From: Parcubacteria group bacterium
GTDB lineage: Bacteria > Patescibacteriota > Minisyncoccia > Moranbacterales > UBA2206
Assembly: GCA_041659505.1 (NCBI GenBank)
Contig: JBAZYF010000001.1
Span: 412,933 to 476,932 of the forward strand
DNA: 64,000 bases
Direction: 5' to 3'
Shown: piece after piece, positions 9,303 through 19,230 of the stretch
Layout: every line of letters starts with the position of its first letter
How positions within the stretch are numbered: the stretch's first letter is position 1
Position numbers and translations under genes: made by a program
The notes under the pieces: model-generated
Told to the model about the DNA's origin: nothing
What the model saw: only the letters and a program-made list of their open reading frames with translations
The model's database searches: none

Positions 9303-9471
9303 TATATCCCCTTCTCCCTCCGGGAGAAGGTGGCCGTAGGCCGGATGAGGGAAAGGGCGTTTGAAAAAAAATTCTCTATAATATAACGCTTATCGCAATT
9401 AATATTACCCTTGCCCTCACCTGTCCTTCGGACATCCTCTCCCGGAGGGAGAAGAGGCTATAAAGAAAGTT
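9303..9471 (+). repeat. Composite palindromic intergenic repeat, full copy (module A - spacer - module B)
   Basis: A at 9303-9359, a 48-nt AT-rich spacer, then B at 9408-9469. Here the B inner hairpin is the GTCCTTCGGAC variant. The spurious N-terminal extension of ORF 9411 (MPSPVLRTSSPGGRRG) is a translation of this repeat. Confidence 0.8.
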
Positions 9472-9491
9472 TTCTAGTATTAATTCAAATA

Positions 9492-10751
9492 ATGTTATTT
9501 AAACTGTTTCTAATTTTTTGTGCCTACTTGCCTTTTCAGTTGGCGCTTAGTCCAAGTGCCGGTGTTGATTTGGCTAGTGCACGAGTGTTTATCTTGGTGC
9601 TGTTTTTTGTGTGGCTGGCCGAGGGACTCAAAAGTAAAAAACTCCAAATAGGAGAGAATAAGGCGAATTTTTTTCTGATCAGTTTTCTGTTTTTAAATCT
9701 ATTGTCTCTAGCTGTGGCGAAAAATACGGACTGGTCGCTCCGCAAGCTCTTGTTTCTGTTTTCTATTTTTCCGCTCTATTTCGTCGCAACAAACTTGCTC
9801 GATACGAAAGAAAAAATGGAAAAAGTGGTCAAATATCTTGTTTGGGGTGGATTTTTTGTGGCCAGCTTGGGCATTTTGCAGTTTATTGCTCAGTTTATTT
9901 TTGGGCTTGACGTGACGTATCAGTTTTGGGCAAAATTTATTTCTCCGCTTTTTTTGGGGCAAAATGTGACGGCGGCAGTGCTCAAAAATCCCAGCTGGCT
10001 GGTAAATATTTCAGGGGCGACCTATTTGCGCTCAATTGCCACTTTTCCCGACCCGCATATGCTAGCATTTTTCTTGAGCATGCTCGTTCCCTTCGCTTTT
10101 GGATTGTTTTGGCAAGCAAAAAAAAAGAGCCACTTGTTAATTTTTACTACAATTTTATTGGCCGATCTGCTGACTTTTTCTCGTGGCGGATATTTGGGAT
10201 TATTTGCCGGTGCGAGCGTGGCCTTTTTGTTTTTGTTAGCTAAACTTAAAGCTAAATATAAAATAAGGGTGATTGTTTTTGCTGTTTTTTTGGCGGTTTT
10301 ACTGATCATTCCTGGACCGATTTCTGAACGATTTTTCTCTAGTTTTAATCTGAAAGAAGGTTCGAATCAAGGCAGAATAGAAACTTGGGGAAAAGCGGTG
10401 GAAATAATTTCCAGTCATCCTTTTTTTGGCGTCGGTATTGGCAACTATCCACTGGAAATTAGCGCGACGGCGGATTATCGCGACCCAATTTATGCTCATA
10501 GTAATTATTTGGATATTGCGGCAGAAACTGGCATTTTCAGTTTATTGGCTTGGCTGGGATTTTCCGGCGCACTAATTGTGGTATTTTTAAAAAAAACAAA
10601 AGATGTTTTATTTTTTTGCGCGCTGATTAGTATAATAATATTTTCCGCGCACGCTTTAGTGGAAACGTCACTTTATTCGCCAGTTGTTTTGCCCTTATTT
10701 TTAATCATTGCTAGTTTTAGCAACGTGGCCTATGTGGAAAAAAATACTTAA
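9492..10751 (+). CDS. O-antigen ligase-like (Wzy_C domain) polytopic membrane protein
   Basis: The Wzy_C-type periplasmic loop and motif ...FFGVGIGNYPLEISATADYRDPIYAHSNYLDIAAETGIF. The start is placed at the first ATG after the repeat; the track ORF begins at 9411, inside the repeat. Confidence 0.7.
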   Translation: MLFKLFLIFCAYLPFQLALSPSAGVDLASARVFILVLFFVWLAEGLKSKKLQIGENKANFFLISFLFLNLLSLAVAKNTDWSLRKLLFLFSIFPLYFVATNLLDTKEKMEKVVKYLVWGGFFVASLGILQFIAQFIFGLDVTYQFWAKFISPLFLGQNVTAAVLKNPSWLVNISGATYLRSIATFPDPHMLAFFLSMLVPFAFGLFWQAKKKSHLLIFTTILLADLLTFSRGGYLGLFAGASVAFLFLLAKLKAKYKIRVIVFAVFLAVLLIIPGPISERFFSSFNLKEGSNQGRIETWGKAVEIISSHPFFGVGIGNYPLEISATADYRDPIYAHSNYLDIAAETGIFSLLAWLGFSGALIVVFLKKTKDVLFFCALISIIIFSAHALVETSLYSPVVLPLFLIIASFSNVAYVEKNT

Positions 10752-11889
10752 TTTGGAAAAGTTAATTTATCTAACTATTCTCGCGCTTCCTACGTATCTT
10801 TTGCGTTTTAGGGTGCTTAGTTTTTCCGTCAGTACTCTGGACTGCTTGCTCTTACTTTGCATCGCGTGGTGGCTCATAATTTATCGCAAGGAGCATTCTG
10901 GTAAGCTATTTTTCAAAAAATGTAAGTTTTTTATTTTTTCTGGTGGAGTCATGCTTTTTGGTCTTTTCTTTTCAGTCTTGGTTAATAAAAATTATGTGCC
11001 AGGAGTGGGAATATTTATCAGCTGGTTTTTATTGCCGATATTTTTTTCTCTAGTTGCTAGTTCTGTTATTTCATCAGAAAAGCGAAAAAACATTTTTCTG
11101 GCTTACTATTTTTCGGCTTTCTGTGTGGCCTTAATTTCTTTGGTTTACTATTTCTTCGGTTTTGTGACTTTTGATGGCCGTCTCCAGGGGTTTTTCAACT
11201 CACCAAACTATCTGGCAATGTGTCTGGCCCCGGCAATTTTTATCGGCTACGGATTGTTTTTTGAGCTAAAAAAGCAAAAAAATATATTTTTATTTTCTGG
11301 CGCTAGTATTGTTTTAGTGGTGTATTTGACCTATTCTTATGCCAGCTGGATCGCTATTATTATTTCTTTGGGGATTGTTCTTGCGCTAAAGCGCGAGATG
11401 AGTTGGAAAATTAGCTTGATGGGTTTTTTAATACTGGTGGTTTTATTATTTTCACAAATGACGACAAGCAAATTTTCCGCGCTGGTTAGCTATGATAGTC
11501 GCTCATCGCTCGCTTCGCGGTTGATGATTTGGCATTCGGCGGAAAAAATGCTGGAGCGGCATTGGATTTGGGGTATCGGAGCGGGTAATTTTCAAGAAAA
11601 ATATCTGGAGAATCAAAAATATTTCCCACCCTATCTGGAATGGGCGGTGCCTCATCCGCACAATCTCTATCTAGCCTTTTGGCTTTATGGTGGGATTTTT
11701 GGTTTGATCGGGTTTTTGATGTTAGTTTATTTTTGGTTTTTGAATCTTTTTATGGTGCAAAAAAATCCCCAGCTAAAATTGATCGGGCTGGGGGTTATGG
11801 TCTACATCTTGCTTCACGGACTGGTGGACACGACCTATTTTAAAAACGACCTGGCGGTCGTCTTTTGGCTTTTGTTTTCTGTGATCTAA
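10732..11889 (+). CDS. O-antigen ligase-like (Wzy_C domain) polytopic membrane protein, second paralog
   Basis: ...WIWGIGAGNFQEKYLE...AVPHPHNLYLAFWLYGGIFGLIGF. The track start at 10708 is a TTG; the ATG at 10732 is more likely. Confidence 0.7.
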   Translation: MWKKILNLEKLIYLTILALPTYLLRFRVLSFSVSTLDCLLLLCIAWWLIIYRKEHSGKLFFKKCKFFIFSGGVMLFGLFFSVLVNKNYVPGVGIFISWFLLPIFFSLVASSVISSEKRKNIFLAYYFSAFCVALISLVYYFFGFVTFDGRLQGFFNSPNYLAMCLAPAIFIGYGLFFELKKQKNIFLFSGASIVLVVYLTYSYASWIAIIISLGIVLALKREMSWKISLMGFLILVVLLFSQMTTSKFSALVSYDSRSSLASRLMIWHSAEKMLERHWIWGIGAGNFQEKYLENQKYFPPYLEWAVPHPHNLYLAFWLYGGIFGLIGFLMLVYFWFLNLFMVQKNPQLKLIGLGVMVYILLHGLVDTTYFKNDLAVVFWLLFSVI

Positions 11890-11972
11890 TAAATTACGCC
11901 CAGCCTAAAAACAAACTTTAAGCATGGAAAAACTTGCTTTTAGGCTAGGTGTAAGTTATTTTTATCCAATAA

Positions 11973-13118
11973 TTAAAGGGTAATTCGGTAGAGTTTTCCA
12001 TCTGTGCGGTTCACAAAAAACAAGATGCTTTCATCTGCATTGAGAAATAGTTTGGTGGCATCATATTCGCCATTGATTTTTTCTAGGTCGATGATTCTGT
12101 TTTTTTCTCCCGTTACCGTGTCGATTTTCCAAAAAGTATCGGCTGTATGGAATTTTTCTTGATCGTAATCATTCGGCATTATGATGTTGGCAGGGATTTT
12201 TCCTGGCATGGCGCAATAGGCCATCTTATTGTCTTTAAGCCAGGCGCACTTAGATGTGAGAGTAGGAAAATTCAAATTTCTAAATTCTCCCCCATTGGAG
12301 TTAATGATAGCGAGTTGGATTTTTGTTCCAGCTTTGGCATCAGAGTGGCTGACGAGTGCAGCTGTCCCATCTTCATTCCAAAGGTAGTCTGCTCCAAAAA
12401 AGCCATTCAGAAGGCTTTTCTTTTCTCCTCCGATCACAGGAACAGAGCTGAGGTTAGTCTCAAAAAGAGCGTCTGGCTTATTCCAGAAAGAAACTAGGCT
12501 ACTTTTGGGAATTTGAGCGATAGAAATATTGGGAAAATCTAGATCAGCTAATTTTATCCAATTGGTTCCATCAGGATCCGAAATGTCCAGAGCTGATTTT
12601 TTAGTAGCAGGATCATAATAACGGTAGAAAATGCGATTTCCGGTGTTTTGCCAAGTAACTTGATCAATATTATCTCCTAGCGGTAAATTTCTTTGTTTTG
12701 TGTAATCGTAATAGTATAATTTAATTTTTCCGGTAGAGATAAATTTTGTAATTACCTTGGTTTTATCTGGCGACCAATAAACATCACTTAGTCCGATCAG
12801 TTCTTTGTTGGAAAGAATCTTTTTATTATTGCCGTTAAAATCTATTTGATAAACTTCGCCGTTATTTTTAGCGTAATAGTCAATAGCGCTTAGGCTATTA
12901 TTTAGGATTGGAGAAATTACTGCTTCATCGGATATAACGGTGATTGGGTCGGCGCTGACTTTTGGAGGAACAACGACGGGTGGTACGTCAGGGGCTTTTT
13001 TTTCCACTGAAGTGGTGTTGATTGGATTTCGGAATGCTAGGTTATAGATGCCAAAAAACAAAAGTGCGACACAAAAAAAGGCCAGGGATGTAAAAAAAAT
13101 TTTCTTGTTGATCGACAT
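11973..13118 (-). CDS. Secreted/anchored protein with a predicted beta-propeller-like domain (TolB/WD40-like)
   Basis: N-terminal TM helix, then repeated ...YWSPDK..., ...DGT... blades. First gene at the low-coordinate end of the minus-strand cluster. Confidence 0.4.
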   Translation of the reverse strand: MSINKKIFFTSLAFFCVALLFFGIYNLAFRNPINTTSVEKKAPDVPPVVVPPKVSADPITVISDEAVISPILNNSLSAIDYYAKNNGEVYQIDFNGNNKKILSNKELIGLSDVYWSPDKTKVITKFISTGKIKLYYYDYTKQRNLPLGDNIDQVTWQNTGNRIFYRYYDPATKKSALDISDPDGTNWIKLADLDFPNISIAQIPKSSLVSFWNKPDALFETNLSSVPVIGGEKKSLLNGFFGADYLWNEDGTAALVSHSDAKAGTKIQLAIINSNGGEFRNLNFPTLTSKCAWLKDNKMAYCAMPGKIPANIIMPNDYDQEKFHTADTFWKIDTVTGEKNRIIDLEKINGEYDATKLFLNADESILFFVNRTDGKLYRITL

Positions 13119-13177
13119 GGGATAAAAAAGTTATTTTTTCATGCAGCTACCTGCTTGTTATGGCAGACAGGCGTGAT

Positions 13178-13636
13178 TTATTTGGTGGTTGCAGTGCTGG
13201 TGGTTGAACAAGTGAAGGAGTGCCAATTTTTATCTTGCTCCAGTCCAAGGTTATAACCCCCTGTTCCGCTTTTGGCAGAAAATATCCAAAGCGTGACGTT
13301 GACGATTAGCCAGGCACCAAGAGTTAAGGCAAAACCGATAACAGCGCTTGTGATAAAGCTTTTTCCTTGCGTAGTAAGCTTCGGATCCCCCGATGACACA
13401 ATAAGTATCACTCCAGCTATGCAAATAGCAGTGATTGCGAGAGTGATAATAATCGTCATGCCCCAGTCCATTAGATTTTTAATCCCAATGATCAGGTGGC
13501 AAAGCGTACAGGGGTCATTTGCGCCAGTACCGCAAGGGACAATTCCAGCTGCTGAAGCGAAATGAGTTGCGCCAAAAAACAAAGCAAGGAAGGAAGATAA
13601 ATAAGCTAATTTCTTGAAGGTATCTTTTTTCATCAC
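13178..13636 (-). CDS. VirB2/TrbC-like T4SS pilin candidate
   Basis: 152 aa with a signal peptide and two hydrophobic helices (LMDWGMTIIITLAITAICIAGVILIVSSG and SFITSAVIGFALTLGAWLIVNVTLWIF), the architecture of TrbC/VirB2 pilins. Confidence 0.5.
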   Translation of the reverse strand: MMKKDTFKKLAYLSSFLALFFGATHFASAAGIVPCGTGANDPCTLCHLIIGIKNLMDWGMTIIITLAITAICIAGVILIVSSGDPKLTTQGKSFITSAVIGFALTLGAWLIVNVTLWIFSAKSGTGGYNLGLEQDKNWHSFTCSTTSTATTK

Positions 13637-13645
13637 ATTTTTAAA

Positions 13646-14176
13646 TTAATTAGGAAATTCTGTTTCGCCAGGGCAGAAGCTTAATCCATAATTTCCTCCG
13701 CTGGCAGTTTCATTGACAGTTGGCGGAACGGTAAGGGATACATTTAGTTGACAAGCTTGATCTTTGGTGATGCCTAGTATATCAAGAAAATCACTCTCTG
13801 CAATTTCTCGCGCTTTTTGGATGTTTGGATCCATCATGGCAATAATAAATCCCTGTTGTTTTGGATAGTAGGCCATGTAATAATATTGGGTATTTTTGAA
13901 ATTTACTCCATCAAGATCTAGCGGTTTGGCATCAGGCAATTTGTAGATATTATTGACCGCAACTGTTCCGGTCTGGGTTGCTATTGTAAAAGTATCAATT
14001 GCTGTTGCTGGTTTTTCTCCGTGGATTATAGGCAATTCTTTTTTAGCAGTGTTTTGGTTTGTTTCTGGCTGATTATTGTCCGTTTTTTTGTTTTTTTGCG
14101 AAAGCCAGAATAGCAGGATTGATGTAATGGATAACAGGAGGATGATGCCAAAAAAAATTTTTCTTCTTGTGCTCAT
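13646..14176 (-). CDS. Hypothetical secreted protein (N-terminal TM or signal anchor)
   Basis: 176-aa ORF with a hydrophobic N-terminus inside the T4SS-like cluster. No recognisable domain. Confidence 0.45.
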   Translation of the reverse strand: MSTRRKIFFGIILLLSITSILLFWLSQKNKKTDNNQPETNQNTAKKELPIIHGEKPATAIDTFTIATQTGTVAVNNIYKLPDAKPLDLDGVNFKNTQYYYMAYYPKQQGFIIAMMDPNIQKAREIAESDFLDILGITKDQACQLNVSLTVPPTVNETASGGNYGLSFCPGETEFPN

Positions 14177-14204
14177 AGAAATAGGTTGAGTTTTAGCTTA
14201 AAAT

Positions 14205-15125
14205 TTAAAATCCACATGTCTTATTGCTATTCTCCCAGGTATTATATTTATTTCCACTATGTTCTTTATAGAGCTGACAGGCAGCGGTTATATTTCCGCT
14301 TCCACTACAATTGCTGTCGACGCAAGACTGGTAGCTCGTTCCGGCTCCGGTGCATTTAAAACTCGCGCAACCCTTGATCGGATCTCCTCCAGTGAAGGCA
14401 TTCTTGCCTTTGCATGTACAGGTCATATTGACTTGCAGCGCTCCACAAGAGAAAGACGTTCCATCAGTGCATTTATCCACTTTGCTCATAGTAGGCTTTC
14501 CGGCGCTATCAACATCGACACCTCCACTTTCCTTATTGCAAAGTGATGAAATTTTAGAAAGATCAGCCATTCCGTCAAAGCAACTTCCTGTTAACGAATC
14601 AACCGAGCAAGGACCGCTCGTTACGGGTTCGCATTTTCCAGTTCCAGCGCTTCCGCCTGTTCCCGTACCTGTCCCTGTCCCTGTTCCTGAGGTTGTATTG
14701 CTGCCAGACTGGCTCAATGGCACTATATTAACTAGATTTGGATTGATGGTATATAGGAGAACGTAAGAAGTGAGAGCAAGTATAACACCAGCAATAGCAT
14801 CAAAGATGATTTCCTTGGCCTTTCCTACTCTGCTAGTGTTTCCAGCGCTAGTGATGTACATGAAAGCGCCGATGGAAATCATGAAAACTGCTGAAATGCC
14901 GACCATCCAAAGTCCAAATTTATAAATTGCTAAAATATAGCCTTCGTAGGAGGTGATATTGCTAAATCCAGGAATTTCTTCCATCGGGGTGTAGGAAAAG
15001 CTTGATGCGTCAGCTAAGACAAGACTAGGCAAGAAAAACATGAAAAGGGCTGATGCCCAAAAAAAACTTTTTGGTTTTGTTTTAAAATTCATCAATTTTT
15101 GTTTTAGGCAATATGAAAAAAACAA
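14205..15125 (-). CDS. VirB2/TrbC-like pilin N-terminal module fused to a Cys-rich C-terminal domain
   Basis: Signal peptide plus two TM helices (YKFGLWMVGISAVFMISIGAFMYITS and IIFDAIAGVILALTSYVLLYTIN). Then a (GT)6 linker encoded by a 6-nt DNA repeat, then a ~120-aa domain with about 20 Cys. Confidence 0.5.
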   Translation of the reverse strand: MFFSYCLKQKLMNFKTKPKSFFWASALFMFFLPSLVLADASSFSYTPMEEIPGFSNITSYEGYILAIYKFGLWMVGISAVFMISIGAFMYITSAGNTSRVGKAKEIIFDAIAGVILALTSYVLLYTINPNLVNIVPLSQSGSNTTSGTGTGTGTGTGGSAGTGKCEPVTSGPCSVDSLTGSCFDGMADLSKISSLCNKESGGVDVDSAGKPTMSKVDKCTDGTSFSCGALQVNMTCTCKGKNAFTGGDPIKGCASFKCTGAGTSYQSCVDSNCSGSGNITAACQLYKEHSGNKYNTWENSNKTCGF

Positions 15126-17943
15126 TTTTTAGCGCTAAAATAATTGCTATGCCGGAAAGAGCGACGCGGAAAAGAAAAGCGATATAAGTTGGAATACCAG
15201 AGGAGACTGTAGCAAAAATTTTCTTGGGGGATGTGCCGTTTTTTGCTAATGGGCCAGCGCTGGTTACAGCAATTTCAATGTTATGCGTCAAGGTTCTCTC
15301 ATAAAACCCATTATAACTGATATTCCAATACTTGTTAAGCGCTTCCCTGGTAGCGTTAGTCGGTGTGTATGTGGTAGAAAAAGAGACAAGATAGGTCTTT
15401 CCGGTTTCTTTCTGCGGTAAGGTTAATTTACCATAGTTTGTCGTATCGATGGAGTAGCCATAGCTTGCAGCATTATCGGCGTTAATATCTACTCCATCAA
15501 TATTCCATACATAGGGGCAACTTGATGGTACCCCCACTGAGTCGTTGAAGTCTTTTATTCCATCTGTTCCAGAAAATACAGGAGTAAGAACGATGTTATT
15601 ATTAGTTAACGCCTGGAATACTGTTTCGCTACGGTCTTCATAAGCAACATTATTAAAATCATAGTAATTTCCCAGTAGCAGTCCCTTGCATGTCTGATTG
15701 CCGGAAGCGTCGTGATTATCAGTGTCAAGTGGCACAATCTTAACATCTGGCGTAACAACCTTAAAGACTCTTGTCAGGCTAAATTTCTCGCCAGTTTCAA
15801 TATTAAGCATCGACAGTTCTATGTTATATTGACTGCCGGCACTTCCAAGGACAGGAAAGTAGGTTCTTTCTGTCGCTTTATCGTCCTTAATACATCCATA
15901 AAAGTTTTCATCTGGACAGATTTGAGTTTTTCCATTGATTGTCCAAAGAAAGTCGCTATATTTAGTGCCTGTGTTATCAACAGCTAAGGTGATTATTTCA
16001 TCTGGCGCTACTGCGCAGACTGACTGGGGCATGGGATCAGCATCTTCATTAGTAGGATCAATGAAGAGGCATCTTTCTTGAGCGACGGGTATTGGCGCGG
16101 CTGGATCGCTCCCATCAGCATTTGGAATGATCAATAGTTTATTATTGTTTGTGGTGACTCTTGCTGTATAGACCCTTATTCTTTCTTGTGATGAAAAAAT
16201 GGGAAGGATTACATTGGCGTGTCCTTCTCTGCTTCCGGCGTCTCCTTCTAAGGAATCATTGACAACTGCAACAACCTTGAGATATTTAGGAATAATATTA
16301 TTGGTGAAGGCATTTCCTGAAAAATCAGAATCCTTGAAGTTCAAATTGAACTTAAAGGTATTTATTCCCAGACCGGAAGTTGATGTAGAGCCGTCCAGGA
16401 TGTCCTTGGAGAGAGGGGACCCCCAATCATCAGGGTTGGGTTCATCGCTACCATAAACTGTCCAGGTATAATTAAGGTAGGTGTCATTTGTCGCATTTGT
16501 AGCTGTTGCGGTAAATGAAAGTTCATCGCCATTTCCCTTGGGATCCCCCTCGACATAAGTGCTAGGGAGAGGATTGGAATCATTATTGGGATTTTGTGGT
16601 AGATATTCTAGACTAACATCCAGTTTTTCCGTTGCGCCTCCACCTTCAGACGGGGTAATGAGATTTTGATAAAGACAATCATTCATATCGCCTGAATCCA
16701 TGTCCGTCATAGTGATCGAAACATTTTCCTCATCTAGTCCTGAGCAATTTGCTACTCCATTTTCGATGTCGCTTCGAGAGCAGGTATTAGTTGTAGTGGT
16801 TTCGTCAGATATGGGATTGGTTGCGAGCAGGCCGGGGTCGGTGCCAACATAGGTCACTACAGTATGGGTTGTGGTTGTTGTCCTTATCGTAGCTGTGTCA
16901 GCAATTTGAGTGCCATCTAAGATATCTTTTGTTGTTGTGGTTGTAATTGTTGTTGTGTAATCAGTAGTTGGCGTATTTAGTCTTGTTTCTGTATCTGGTC
17001 CTGTTGTTTTTGGGTATCCAGTATCCTCTCCGAGATTTGTCGGCTCACACTTATTTTCAGTAAAAGCCCACATTGTTTTATATGATGAGTCAGCGTCTTG
17101 AGTTGATTGGATCGCAACACCTTCTACAACAACACCCACCTTATCTCCGGTTGTGTATGGAAAGGAGAATGTATTTTCACCAAGTCCGGTGACATTGGCT
17201 TCGTCCGGGTTTCCAGTTGTGGCAGTGTCATTATTATTTGGGTCAGTACGCCAAAATTTTTCCTCGCTTTTATTGAATTGACCATCCCCAGTTGTATCAC
17301 TGGGCGCATTGGGAAAAAAATGATGGCAATCCACTTCGTAGTCATCGCCGGAAGAAACATCACGGACATAACATGAGGCGGGTTTTTCTCTTTGGTCATC
17401 GCCACCAAAAACTGATTCGTATCCGTCATCGTCAGCATCCTTAGAATAATCGGCATTTTGCCAATCAAAATCATTATCCACGATGATTCGCATCGCCTTA
17501 ATCTTGTAATCTTCAATATCGACTTCTCCATCATCATCTAGGTCACAATCCTTATTGTAACTATAATCTTCATCAGGAGTCTTCTTGTCGGTACATTTTG
17601 CACCCTTAAGATACCAGGTAAAATAGAGATTGTCGATTGAATTCGTGAAATATGTTGGCATGGCCGTGGCAGTGACCGTTTCTCCTGGTACGGGATCTGC
17701 AGGGTCAAAAGTAACAGAAACCATCGGAGGATTGATTTTCCTTCTGCTGACATTCATTGTTTGGATACCATTTTTCAATTCATTCTTATCAATACCCAGT
17801 TCGCCAAAAACTGAATCCATGAGTGACATTGGGTTGCCAAGCGAAACACCAAGTAAATCTGCGTAAACCGGCAAGGCTGTCAGTGAAAAGACATTGACAA
17901 CGATCAAAAGAGTGATTATCGTTTTTTTTAGATCAAGTTTCAT
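15082..17943 (-). CDS. Large surface protein (953 aa) with N-terminal signal and C-terminal transmembrane anchor
   Basis: N-terminus MKLDLKKTIITLLIVVNVFSLTALPVYA; T/N/D-rich low-complexity body. The C-terminal helix IAFLFRVALSGIAIILALKIVFFILPK is followed by basic residues. Confidence 0.55.
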   Translation of the reverse strand: MKLDLKKTIITLLIVVNVFSLTALPVYADLLGVSLGNPMSLMDSVFGELGIDKNELKNGIQTMNVSRRKINPPMVSVTFDPADPVPGETVTATAMPTYFTNSIDNLYFTWYLKGAKCTDKKTPDEDYSYNKDCDLDDDGEVDIEDYKIKAMRIIVDNDFDWQNADYSKDADDDGYESVFGGDDQREKPASCYVRDVSSGDDYEVDCHHFFPNAPSDTTGDGQFNKSEEKFWRTDPNNNDTATTGNPDEANVTGLGENTFSFPYTTGDKVGVVVEGVAIQSTQDADSSYKTMWAFTENKCEPTNLGEDTGYPKTTGPDTETRLNTPTTDYTTTITTTTTKDILDGTQIADTATIRTTTTTHTVVTYVGTDPGLLATNPISDETTTTNTCSRSDIENGVANCSGLDEENVSITMTDMDSGDMNDCLYQNLITPSEGGGATEKLDVSLEYLPQNPNNDSNPLPSTYVEGDPKGNGDELSFTATATNATNDTYLNYTWTVYGSDEPNPDDWGSPLSKDILDGSTSTSGLGINTFKFNLNFKDSDFSGNAFTNNIIPKYLKVVAVVNDSLEGDAGSREGHANVILPIFSSQERIRVYTARVTTNNNKLLIIPNADGSDPAAPIPVAQERCLFIDPTNEDADPMPQSVCAVAPDEIITLAVDNTGTKYSDFLWTINGKTQICPDENFYGCIKDDKATERTYFPVLGSAGSQYNIELSMLNIETGEKFSLTRVFKVVTPDVKIVPLDTDNHDASGNQTCKGLLLGNYYDFNNVAYEDRSETVFQALTNNNIVLTPVFSGTDGIKDFNDSVGVPSSCPYVWNIDGVDINADNAASYGYSIDTTNYGKLTLPQKETGKTYLVSFSTTYTPTNATREALNKYWNISYNGFYERTLTHNIEIAVTSAGPLAKNGTSPKKIFATVSSGIPTYIAFLFRVALSGIAIILALKIVFFILPKTKIDEF

Positions 17944-18611
17944 TTGGTTAGGTAGATGATAAATGTATCTAGAATTATTATAACAAAAAAACTCATAAAA
18001 TACGAATAAAAAAAAGATTTTGTTTTATAGGTCAAAAAACCTCCCGTGATTGAAAGGATAATGAGGGGTAAATTTTGCCATGAAATGTTTTTGGTGATGA
18101 TAAGTGTTGCAAAGAAAATAGCTGCTTGAATGGCTATCGACCAGTGAGCTATTTTTTTGTCAAAAAGCAAAAGGATAAATCCTTGGAAAAAAAAGCTGAA
18201 AATAAAAATACTGAGGTTGACAAGTACTAGTTCATAAGCGGAAAAAAGCCAGAAGTTATTTTTCAGAGAATCATTTAATATATAGCCTGTCTTGAATTGG
18301 GTAAACATTGTCAATAAATAGAAAAGCACGAGAATGCATAGACATATGCCTATTCCCCAGCGGAGAGCTAAATTTTGATTTTTAAGATTCCATCCAAAAT
18401 ATGCAAGATCTTCTCTGAGAATTATTTTTATATAAGCGATTGGGAGTAGAAGAAGAAAAAAAAGACTTTTTGTGATTGCTTGGGCGGAATTTTGTGCGGG
18501 AAAAATAAAGACGGAAAAAAGGCAAAATAAGGCAAAAACAAGGCTGATGAACAACTCCTGATCGGTAGAAAAAAATTCTCTTTTGATTTTAGTCATTATT
18601 TTTCTGTGCAT
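17940..18611 (-). CDS. Polytopic membrane protein, unknown function
   Basis: 223 aa with about 6 hydrophobic helices. Translationally coupled, overlapping the upstream gene by 4 nt. Confidence 0.45.
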   Translation of the reverse strand: MHRKIMTKIKREFFSTDQELFISLVFALFCLFSVFIFPAQNSAQAITKSLFFLLLLPIAYIKIILREDLAYFGWNLKNQNLALRWGIGICLCILVLFYLLTMFTQFKTGYILNDSLKNNFWLFSAYELVLVNLSIFIFSFFFQGFILLLFDKKIAHWSIAIQAAIFFATLIITKNISWQNLPLIILSITGGFLTYKTKSFFYSYFMSFFVIIILDTFIIYLTK

Positions 18612-18676
18612 TCTGATTTATATTGAATTTTTATGCCTAGGACGATTTTTCTTGAAAGATATCAGAAAATAGATAT

Positions 18677-19204
18677 TTAGGCGTTATAGTTAGATATTTC
18701 CTCATCTTTTTCTGCTTGTGTGGATTTTTTTTCAGCACTAGCATCTTTTCTCTCTTGTAAAAGGAATACATAAATCAAAACAGTGGAGAGTGTTTCCATC
18801 GGCAAAAAGTTTAATCCAGGAAGAAACTCGATCAAATTTCCCAAAAGCAGTGTTGTGGCCTTTTTTTTCCCGAAATAGTGCGATTCTCCGCAGACCAGCA
18901 TTGCTGCGACTGTCAGTATGAATGTGAGGGGGGTCAGTATTGTTCCGATGATTCCCAGGTCAAAAATATCCTTAAGTAGCGCCATCGTAATGGCAGTTAT
19001 GAAAAAAATATCTCTAGTTTCTATGAATCCGATCAAAGAGGCTGCTGAAGCGATGTTTTTTGATAGCTTTTTGATGCTAGCTTTCGGCTTTCCTTCCCCT
19101 TTTTTCGTTTGCTTTTTTTCTTCTTCCGGCGGAGTTTCTTTTTTTTCTTGGCTGCTCTCTCTTTCCGCTTCCAGTCGCCTCTGGTTATCTTCTTCTTGAG
19201 ACAT
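18677..19204 (-). CDS. Small membrane protein with a charged K/E-rich N-terminus
   Basis: 175 aa. Acidic/basic N-terminus, then 3 hydrophobic helices. Confidence 0.45.
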   Translation of the reverse strand: MSQEEDNQRRLEAERESSQEKKETPPEEEKKQTKKGEGKPKASIKKLSKNIASAASLIGFIETRDIFFITAITMALLKDIFDLGIIGTILTPLTFILTVAAMLVCGESHYFGKKKATTLLLGNLIEFLPGLNFLPMETLSTVLIYVFLLQERKDASAEKKSTQAEKDEEISNYNA

Positions 19205-19230
19205 ACTTGGTTATTAATTTAAAATTCTAC

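Noticed and set aside
9411-9490. N-terminal extension MPSPVLRTSSPGGRRGYKES of ORF 9411-10751, and the similar peptide in ORF 57055-57261
   Set aside because: Both are translations of module B of the composite palindromic repeat. The same peptide appears wherever the repeat is read in that frame. The real start of the Wzy_C gene is most likely the ATG at 9492.
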